Shown piece by piece: positions 53,958 to 64,000 of a DNA stretch of 64,000 bases (the first letter of the stretch is position 1; every line of letters begins with the position of its first letter). The DNA comes from Eledone cirrhosa (Eukaryota). A model generated the notes under the pieces. It was not told the origin of the DNA. It saw nothing but the letters and a program-made list of their open reading frames with translations, and ran no database searches. The stretch is from contig OZ024743.1 in the NCBI GenBank assembly GCA_964016885.1, positions 248,000,001 to 248,064,000 on the forward strand, in the 5' to 3' direction. The position numbers and the translations under genes are program-made.

Positions 53958-56900
53958 TTCTTCTGGTTTTATAATTTCACAAAGTTTTACCAATAGAGAG
54001 AGAGTCGGTTTCTAACATAGACACAAGACTCTCTCATTGGAATGTACACAACATCAACTAGGTAGATATGTATGTATGCATGCATGTGTAGATATGGATG
54101 TTATTGTATGTGTGGATGTGGATGTTTTGAGTTGTATGTCTACATGTGTATATGCTTTGCATCTGTACATGTGATTATGCAGTTATTAGATGCAAAATTT
54201 TTGGAATGTTTTACATATTTTTACTGTTCCATTAAGGGATTGTACTTGTAATTTCCAAACTAGTTGTGTTCTTTCTGTTCCTGTGAAGCCTAGCTTCTCA
54301 AGATTTGTATTGAGGCAGTTACTAACATACCCCAGTGCAGCAATAACCACAGGCATAAATCTGAAGGTGTAATCAGGGTGGAGTATCTGCAGATTTCTCA
54401 TCAGTTCTGCATAAATATTCTCCTTTTCGCTAATCTTTGATATTATATTGGCATCTGCTGGGCAGCTAATTTCCACTACTGTGCATGCTTTCTTCTCCCT
54501 GTCCCATATCATAATATCTGGTCTGTTATGCCTGCATTTTATTGGGGTTTTTACTGGAACATTCCACCAGTACTCTTTCATATTATGTACATGGATGTCT
54601 TCCACATTGCTGTAGCTTTTAATGTGTTTATTATCGGGGCTATCTTTTTTACGAACTGCATTGTACAGTGTTTTGGCCACTACATCATGCCTCATAAGTA
54701 GATAGTACCGCGATGACATCTTTGGACAGTTGCTGATGACATGGGTGATATCCTCGATGTTAGTTCTGCAGAGTCTGCACTTGTTATCACATCTAGGTGT
54801 TTTGCCTGCATCCTTATCTCTTTTGTGAATCAGGTATTTCGTGTTAATCTCCTGTTCTTGGATTGCAAAAGCGTATCCTTCAAAGTGGGAGCCAATATAG
54901 CGGTTGTTGGTGCAAGATAGACTACTTTCCTTATCTATATTACTCTCACTCTGGAGCTTTCTGGTAACATATCCATGCATGATTTTTTGCTGATAAGTAT
55001 GTAGTTTTTCATCCATGGATTCACTGTGATACTGCTGAGCGATTTCCCTGGGTGTGAGATTTTTATTATCACACAGGGAATATCTCTCGAGGAGTTCCTT
55101 CCCAACTCTCATGATCTTATCTGTTTCGTGTAGATAGACTTGCTCGAGAAACGGGCTCCTACGCTTCGAGGTTCGTAGATGTTGTCGGAGAGATATGATG
55201 CGACATTCAAATGTTGTCTGGACTGATGTTAGGCCTCTGCCTCCCTGCTTACGTTTCAAGTAAAGGCGGTCTATGTCACTGTTGATGTGGAAGTTTCCGG
55301 TGTTGTTTAGTGTTTTTCGAGTTCCAACATCAACTGCTCGGATTTCGTCTATCGTCCAATTGAGTATTCCAAGCGTTGGTGTTAGGACAGGCACCTCAAA
55401 CACATTGTGAACCACTGTTTTGTTTTGCGCAGAGAGTTCCGATGACCAGATCTTTCTTAATCGGGTGTAGTATTCCCTGATTACGCGTTCTTTATTACAG
55501 ATACCATTATAGGATATGTTCTCATCTATCCCCAGGTATCTGTAGCAGTCCTCATCAGATATCGGTGAAACAGATATCGGCTAGATTGGGTTGTTGTTTT
55601 TCCCCGCTTTACAGTCATGTATGAGCATTTATCTTGGCCAAACTCCATTCCTATATCCTTTGAGAACGTTGTAACCAGGTCAAGATTTTTCTTCATCCCA
55701 TCCATGTTCTTGGCATAGAGTTTCAGATCGTCGACAAAGAAATTATGGGTTAGGTTCGTATTTCTGTCCTCCTGTGAGCCAATGATGTATCCCTCACATT
55801 TCTTGAGCAGAAACGATAAGGGGTTTAATGACAAGATGAATAATATCACAAAGAGACTGTCTCCCTGAAATATACCCCTGCAATATTTTATTTTATCAGT
55901 GAAAATAGAATCCTCCCTCTTTGTCTTTAACCTTAGGATAGTAGCCCAAGAAGAAGACAGCCTCTCTATGGCTCTGACAATAATGTCTGGGACTTTAGCA
56001 AGTTGGAGGGCCTCTATCATCCAAGAGTGGGGAACAGAATCGAAAGCTTTCCTGTAGTCCAGCCAGACTGTAGTCATATTCCTCCTAAGTTATCGCACCT
56101 CCGACATCGCAGTTTTGTTGATTAGGAGTTGTTCAGCACATCCCCAAACCCCTTTCTTTCCAACTGCTTGTTCATCTGTAATGATGTTATTATTTTCACA
56201 GTGATCTTGGAGGAATAGGTTCAGGCAGGCTGTATACATCTTATACATCAGGTTCTGGCATGCAATGGGTCGGTAGTTTTTTGCCAAGTGGGTGTCTTTG
56301 TTCTTGGGGACCAGTAATGTTTGTGCTAATGTCAACCATTCTGGTATAAGTGTATCTCCCTTAAGAACTTGTTGGTAGAGGTCAGTAAGATACCTCCGAT
56401 AGAATATCAGTTTTTTTACCAGTGGCCGACAATCATGTCTCTTCCTGGTGTTTTCTTATCTTGGAGTTTTCCTATCACAGTCTCAAGGGTACCCTTACTT
56501 ATTTCGTATGTTTTTGTTGTAGTGTAGGAGCAATAATTCTTTCGGATTTCTCTTAGCCACACTGCATCTTGGTTGAAATTCTTCTTTTCACCTTGCTCCA
56601 AATGGAATCTATGTCTTTCTGGGATGGGGCCTCAGTGACACTTATTATTTTGCCCTTCATATCTCTATAGACTGATGTTTGGTTTCGTCTGAATCTTTTA
56701 TTAAGCACTTTTCTCTCATCTACCTTCTTCAGGTATCGGCGTTTTTCGCTAACAGCTCTCAATTCTTGTTTGAGGGTGATCAGTTTATATTGGAGAGTTC
56801 TGGTTCTACTGTTACCAAACATCATCTTTATTTTATTTTTCACTCTTTTTTGGTGAGGAGTGAGGTTTTTTCTGTTTGTTTGCTTGTAAGGAGCATTGTC

Positions 56901-58030
56901 ACATATCCTATGTTTTTTCGTAGGTCAGCAATCTTTTTTTCTATTTTAGTTATATATGATGGTATTTTTGGTGGTGTTCTGTTCTTGTTAATATCTCTGC
57001 TATCACCAAGATAATGCTTCACTGTCGTTGCTAAGGCATATAAGCAGGCGTTGATTTGCCAAAATGTTGGGTTTTTATCCGTCGTAAATATTCAACCCCT
57101 ATTTCGTCAATAACACGTAATATTTCATTATTTGTTTTTTTATTAAACATTGTCGTTTTAATACGTTCAGCAAGAGAGATATTTATGAGTTAATTTCTCT
57201 CTGGAAGATTTCGTTGGGGGAAAATATAAATTGTTTATACTTTTGATTATTATCATTATCGATAGTATTTTCCACAACAGTCGAGGTAGACTCGGATGGT
57301 ACACGTGGTGTCAAATTTCTTCGATTATTATTATTATCGATAGTGTTTTCCCCAGCATTCGAGGTAGACTTAGATGGTACAGGTGGTGTCAAGTTTCTTA
57401 CATGCATAGTTGTTTCAAGGCGCTGTTCGACCTGGCTGCTAAGAAGTCTAGTAGCATGGCGACCTGTAGCACGTGTTGTTGATAACATGTTTGTTGTGGG
57501 GGACTTACAATTAATAATATTTATCTTATTTTTACGTTCAACAAACGTCGCTTGCTGGCGTAATTGTTTCGCTGTGAAATAATTTAGCTCTGGGTGTATT
57601 TCGTCCCAGTGTTCATTCTGTTCATATAGCCAATGGAGGGATTGTTTTTTGCCATTTTATAACAATTAAATAAATCATTATTAAGTTCGCAACTCCAAGA
57701 GAAATGCGATTTATAATTTCGGTTTCTTCTGTAGCTACAACTGAATAAAGTTCGTTTACCTTCCTTGTTATTTGTCTTCGGTACTTCCTTAATTTTGTTG
57801 TTGATGTTGTGTTCAGCCATGCTGTTTGTAGCAAATCTTTGTAAAATGAATTATGAATTTAGTCGGATATCTCTACGAATTCGAATAAAAGGTGTCTTCA
57901 GAAGATATAGTTAGAAGAATAACCAGTTATTCAACATGACTGTAGTTGTGGCATTACTGTCGGAGATAGTATTCATCTTAAATTTAATAAATAGTCTCCC
58001 ACGCCAAAATATGCGACTGATCGCGTTGAC
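53958..58030 (-). mobile_element. R4/Dong-clade RLE non-LTR retrotransposon, near full length, in (CATA)n
   Basis: Single disrupted ORF with RT, CCHC and PD-(D/E)xK domains; (GTAT)n at both flanks. Confidence 0.85.
54186..57820 (-). pseudogene. R4/Dong ORF (RT + zinc knuckle + RLE), disrupted
   Basis: NYRPIAC, LDYRKAFDSVPH, GIFQGDS, FVDDLKLY, GGRGL, CRLC..H..SNC, RHD, NRPDI..VEISCP. Confidence 0.9.
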
Positions 58031-59570
58031 TGTATGTATGTATGTGTGTGTCACAGAAAGAGATGTATTTGGAGTTTATAACAAATTAGATTAAATCATG
58101 TTTAGTCAATTTGAGTTGAGTCAGTTTGTTGACATCCTTTCTGACAAAAATCCTATAGATTACGATTTTTTTTTCTTCTGTTTAGTCAGGGAGACAAGGG
58201 CAGATTCTTTGCAAGTCTTCTGTGATTGGTAGAGAGATGAAATTATCTTCAAACCGGAGATCTGGCCTACATGTTTGCAACAGGGTAATATTGGCTAATA
58301 ACACCCACCCATGTGCCAAGTTATGGAGTTAAACCGGGCAACAGTTTAAATTTATTACATAACTATGTAGCGAAATCTCTCCACGTATACCAGGGACGGT
58401 GGAAGCATTTGTGTATTGAGGGGGCCAAATTTGGTCAATTTAGTTGTAGTGATTAATTTAGCTCTTTACACTATAAAATGGTCAGAAAATGTTGATATGC
58501 GATAACATAACATGTACATAAATTGTAGCGCATATCCAAATAGGTTTTGGTAGTTTGGGGAGAAAAATATAATTATTGGGAGCGCGGGGGGGGGGGGTGC
58601 ACATGACCCTCTCACGCCACTGTATATATATATATTATATAATTTTTAAAAATATATGCTCTGTATCCTTTCCTGGAGGTTTAATATATTTGATTCTTCG
58701 CATTTGGTAAGAAACTGGTATTAAAACCAATATATTCATTCCAAATATATAAATATATATTCAATTCAATCCAGGACCTTTTCACTCCTACCGGAGGAAC
58801 CCCTCCCTAATTGACCTCCACCGTTTTCTGTTTTGGGTTTTGGTCATGTCAGGGGTGTAGCCGTACTCACAATGCTTGGTCAATTGCGGGTTGGTGAGGC
58901 TATTTAACCCATAGCTGGGTAAATTCATTTCTACAGCCTAGTGAACTGGAGCAACGCATGGTTGCGTCACAAGTGTTTGTGACCTATCAAGTCAACAACA
59001 TTACAACTACAATATCTGCCAGGCCAAGGTGAACCCCAAAACCAACCTTCACACGCTACATCTACAATACATTCCATGTTACATCTAAAATACACTACCG
59101 CCGCTTTCAACCCAGATCACAAAGAGCCTGAACAAATATCGCACTTCGTCTGACGATCTACCAATTCCACCAATCTTCCGTTTCCGAAAGGGGAAATGTA
59201 TAGTTGATTTTCAACGTCATTTGAACTCATGACGCAGAGAACCGGATCTAATACTGAATACATTCTAACGATTCAGCCAATTCGCCATTTACATGTGTTA
59301 GCAGACTGTTATTCAAAGTAGTGTAAATGGTGAAAGTTTTAATTTGTAGTGGTATAAATATTTCTTTTTCAGCTCGAGAAATGGTCTAAATACATACAAA
59401 AAAAAAAATGTCCTTCCTAATATCTTTTTACGAAAGTATTTATCTAACATCGCTTTTTCGTATAGATATCATGAAAAACTTCCGGCTCTCATTAAACGGT
59501 GTTTCTGCAGACGATAGCAACTTGTGAGTAAAGATAGTTGTTTACAATTAAAGCTGACTGCGTACAAGTC

Positions 59571-60027
59571 TGTAGCAAGAGTTGCCTCCCTTGTCATGAC
59601 AATCTCATCACCGCTCTCTAGACAGGAAGTAGCTGGAGTTGCTTCCCTTTGGGATTGACAGACTCCCTGTTGGTCACTTCCGGTCAACTCTTATAAAAGG
59701 AGCAGGTTACCACGATATCTCCCTCTTGCCTCCTGATTTCTGAAGTGGTAACACCTGCGACCGTAGCTTGTGATGATTCCTTCTTGATGATCCTTCGTTA
59801 CCAAGAACAATGCAATTTGCAGCCTGAGAACCTTAAGATGTTGATACCAGCCAGAAAAGATCTCTTCTTTTCTCTACCAACTTCAGCCTCGAGTTATGAC
59901 CATCAGGTAACAAATCCTTAATATTTAATGCCTTTGATGTCCATGAAGTAAAAACTTTATTATAACACACACACCGGTATTTACTGTCTTTTTTATGTTA
60001 TATGTACACCGATACTAATCTCCTAAA
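59571..60027 (+). repeat. 5' LTR of Gypsy element
   Basis: Starts TGTAG, ends CTAAA (degenerate CTACA), TATA box TATAAAAG near 59692, immediately followed by the PBS. Confidence 0.7.
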
Positions 60028-60028
60028 G

Positions 60029-60047
60029 TGGTGACCCCCGACGTGAT
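60029..60047 (+). promoter_or_regulatory. Primer-binding site complementary to tRNA-Trp
   Basis: TGGTGACCCCCGACGTGAT, the Trp PBS TGGTGACCCCGACGTGAT with one extra C. Confidence 0.9.
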
Positions 60048-60489
60048 TTAAAAAAATAAAAAAAAAGAATGGGAAATGGTATACGGTGTATATAATATAA
60101 TATTTTAAAAAAAGAGAGACAGAAGAAAAAGAGAAAAAATATAACAATTTAATACAAAACGAACACCTCCAATTATTGACACACAGACAAACAGCAATTG
60201 TATAAATGTTTTTGTCCTTTTCTGCCCTTCTCTTCTCTGGCTAAAAATTTTTGAGGATGACAAGATGAAGTCTCTCTTCTCCATCAATAGTGTTTTTGGC
60301 GCGAAATAGTCCGCCATGTTGGATTTTTTTTTTAGGTTCCTTGCCCTTACCTTAGTATAACAGCATTCACTTAATCACTTGTTTGCATATTGTCCCGGAT
60401 ACATTATTTTTCCGGTCCAGTGGTTTGACGGAAAAATTTTGTTTTCCTTTTCTGTTACATTACAGACATTTTTCCAAACGGTAGATTGC

Positions 60490-60805
60490 CTACGGTATAC
60501 CAATGGCTTGTGTTCACCACCCAGCTCGGGCCACACACGGCCATGCGATCTAGGCGGCAGCGCCAACAGACAGCTCGACCATTATAGCGATGCAAAGGTC
60601 CATTCAGGAGCTCACCATAGAGCTCCACAAGATGAAGGCCTTGTGTGGTGGCTGTTCGCGCCCCTGCAGTCGCGGGAGATCGCAAAGTTTCAGACGGCGT
60701 TCTAAATCACCAGCTTCATCTTTATGCTGGTACCACGAGCGATTTGCTGAGAACGCGAGTCACTGCGTGCAACCTTGCTCCTTTCATAAGGCGGGAAACG
60801 CATAA
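60490..60805 (+). pseudogene. gag: Gypsy gag C-terminal part with CHCC motif
   Basis: CWYHERFAENASHCVQPC, the CsRn1-clade motif; N-terminus missing. Confidence 0.8.
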
Positions 60806-60835
60806 GAGGTCCTCTGATGGGGACAGCTGACCTCA
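60793..60835 (+). promoter_or_regulatory. -1 ribosomal frameshift signal
   Basis: G GGA AAC in the gag frame, 6-nt spacer, GAGGTC..GACCTC hairpin; the -1 frame reads into protease FLVDTGAS. Confidence 0.8.
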
Positions 60836-63790
60836 ACATAAAGTCACCAAACCGCCATTTCTTCATTAAGGACCTAATGTCCGGAAGAGGTTTCCTCGTG
60901 GATACAGGAGCCTCCTGTAGTATTTGGCCGGTCCATTGCCTGAAAGATACCCCCATAGAGTCATCTGTTACGCTGTAGGCAGTTAACCACTCGTCTATAA
61001 AGACGTACGGGCAAATCTCGCTCCCTCTTAAATTCCTAAATCTTCGAAGGGATTTTAAGTGGATTTTTACGGTTGCCGATTTGCCATATCCTATCTTAGG
61101 AGCGGATTTCCTCCACAACTTCTCTTTGACTGTGGACGTCCGTGGCCAACGCCTGGTGGATAACATCACCGGCTTTTCAATTCATGGCCAGGAAGCCAAT
61201 GCTCCAATAGTCAGCCCTGTGTTCTTTATCGCTGCCGCTGGAGACGCCTACCATGCGTTACTGGGTTCTTTCCCGGAGCTCACGGATGGAAATTTTCGAG
61301 TCACTGACCCAACACACTCGACCGAACATTTCGTTTCCACCACCGGTGCCCCAGTGTTTTCGCGTCCACGCCGCTTACCGACGGAAAAATTAAAGGCAGC
61401 ACGGTCCGAGTTCGACCATATGCTGCAGTTGGGCATTATTCGCCCATCTACGAGTCCTTGGGCTTCACCGTTACACATGGTGCCCAAGACTTCCGGCGAC
61501 TGGAGACCCACTGGGGATTATAGGAGGTTAAATGCCATGACCGTCCCGGATAGGTATCCCATTCCCCATCTCCACGATTTTGCATCTTCACTGCAGGGGT
61601 GTAAGATTTTTTCTAAGTTAGATTTAGTGCGAGCCTACCACCAAATTCCGGTCAGGAAGGAGGATATTCCGAAAAAGGCGATTACAACCCCTTTCGGATC
61701 ATTCGAATTTTTGACCATGCCTTTCGGACTCAGGAACGCCGCTAGCACTTTTCAGCGGTTCATAGACGAGGTCACGCGTGGTCTGGACTTCGTTTATGCT
61801 TACATAGACGATATTCTCGTCGCTAGTTCCTCTCCGGAAGAGCATATGCGCCACATGCTTCTCTTGTTTCGGCGACTTCAGGATTACCGCGTTCACGTGA
61901 ATCCTGCAAAGTGTGTTTTCGGTTCCACTTCCCTACATTTGTTAGGCCACCTCATCGACGCCGAAGGTATTAGGCCGCTCCCTCAGCGAGTTCAAGCCAT
62001 ACAGGAGTTACCTCCGCCTACTACACTTCACCAGTTGCGTCACTTCTTAGGCCTAATCAATTTCTATAGGCGTTTCATTCCTCATTGTGCTAATTGGCTA
62101 TCTTCCCTTACTGACATTTTAAAAAATCGTCGTAAGAAGAATGAAGACATTTCCTTGACACAAGGACAGCTTCAGAACTTCCAGTCTGCCAAGACAGCAC
62201 TCGCTAGTTCTTCTTTGCTAGCCCACCCGGTACCAGAGGCCAAGCTTTCGCTTTGTGTTGATGCATCTAATACCGCTGTGGGAGCAGTTTTACAGCAGTC
62301 TTACGCTGAAAACCAACAACCTTTGGCATTTTTATCGAGGAAGTTGAAACCAGCAGAAACGCGTTATAGCACGTTTGGGCGGGAATTATTAGCCATATAT
62401 CTGTCGGTGAAACATTTCTCTCATATTCTTGAGGGGAGAAATGTTACGGTTTTTACCGACCATAAACCGTTGACCTTCGCTTTGAGGGCCAAAGCCGACA
62501 GATATTCGCCCAGAGAGACAAGGCACCTGGACTACGTTTCACAATTTACAAACGATATCCAGCACATTGCCGGCTCGCACAACATAGTTGCAGACGCATT
62601 GTCACGTTTGCCAATTAGCTCCATCTCGTCATCCCAGGAGATCGACTTAGGTCGTTTAACTGCAGACCAACCTGCACTCCAATCGTTGGACACTCTTTCT
62701 ACTGAATTTGCGACTTGCATTTTCAAATATCTGCCCTTGTCCACCACCGACAGGCAGATTCTATGTGATGTATCCGCTGATGCACGACGACCACTTGTTC
62801 CTGAGACTCACCGTCGAATTGTGTTCCTGGCTTTGCACAACATTTCTCATCCAGGATCTGCTGCCACAGTTAAATTCATAACAGCCAGATTCTTCTGACC
62901 AAATATGAGGCGCGACATTGCTGCTTGGTGCCGTTCCTGTATCGCTTGCCAGAAATCGAAGATCCATAGACACATCCGAACTCCACTTGGTACTTTCAGT
63001 ACTCCAGATGCTCGGTTCCAACACATCCACATTGACATCGTTGGACCTTGGCCATTCAGCAGTGGATATTCTTACATATTGACGTGTGTCGATCGTTTTT
63101 CAAGGTGGCCTGAAGCCATCCCTTTACAAGATATGACTGCTGAGACTGTAGCACGTGCCCTGGTATCAGGGTGGATTACCCGCTTTGTGGTACCAACTAC
63201 ACTCACCACAGACCGTGGTAGACAATTCGAGTCCCATCTCTTCTCTGAGCTCACAAAAATAATTGGAGCTCAACGGATTCGGACCACAACCTATCATCCT
63301 GCTTCAAATGGAATGGTGGAACGATTCCACCACCAATTAAAGGCCGCTCTTCGCGCCTATCCAGACTCTCAACGTTGGAGCGAGTACCTTCCTATTGTGT
63401 TATTAGGAATTCGGTCATCAATAAAGGAGGACCTTGGGTTCTCCACGGCCGAATTAATTTACGGTGCTCCTCTAGCGTTGCCTGGGCAAATGCTTGTCCC
63501 TGTTGATCTTGCTTTCCAAGATCCGCTTTCCTACGTATCCCATCTGCGTTCTTATTTTCAGGACCTGCCGCCGATGGATACGAGGAAGCAAACTGTAAAA
63601 CCTGCGGTCCCGAGGGATATTGCCTCGTGGACCCATGTGTTCGTAAGGAACGATGCTGTGAGACCACCCCTCACACAACCATACTCTGGACCCTACCGTG
63701 TGTTAGCACGCACTGACAAACATTTCACTGTAGACGTTAAGGGGTCCAGAGAGACAATTTCGGTGGATAGACTGAAAAGGCACACAATGA
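60799..63790 (+). pseudogene. pol: Gypsy pol (PR-RT-RNaseH-IN), two premature stops
   Basis: [64 protein letters not shown]; stops at 60976 and 62896. Confidence 0.93.
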
Positions 63791-64000
63791 CGCTCATACA
63801 CCGAGCCACAAATATCCCAATCTTTCTCTCTTGTGCATACACCTGCTCCTTCTGCCCCACCTTCACCTACATACAAGACTACGACCCGTTCCAGTCGGAG
63901 AGTCCACTGGCCCCAAAAGTTCTGCCAAACTATTTTTATGTGAACTGGCCATTGGAGCCTTATATTTTTTTTTTCTTGCTGTTCTTGTTATTTATTGATT

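Overview
AT-rich, microsatellite-dense eukaryotic DNA. The SINE/LINE landscape suggests a cephalopod such as Octopus, which is an inference. No host protein-coding gene could be supported, so the window looks intergenic or intronic and consists mostly of transposable elements. These are a near-full-length but frameshifted RTE LINE with C-terminal C2H2 fingers (16.0-19.8 kb, -), an R4/Dong-type RLE LINE in (CATA)n (54-58 kb, -), CRE-type RLE fragments, a CsRn1-clade Gypsy element with LTR, tRNA-Trp PBS and -1 frameshift site (59.6-63.9 kb, +), and two Penelope-like elements (PLEs) with inverted pseudo-LTRs nested in a non-autonomous Helitron (7.8-13.6 kb). There are also several more Helitrons, MITEs and many tRNA-derived SINEs. 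The main unannotated signal is about 20 type I hammerhead ribozyme (HHR) motifs, intact or degenerate, from more than 10 sequence-unrelated families. Many lie in short ORF-less fold-back elements inserted in (TA)n. They include a U3-A8 compensatory-core variant, a unit with ribozyme-like motifs on both strands, and an HHR remnant in the 5' leader of the R4/Dong element. All folds were derived by eye and need computational and biochemical confirmation.
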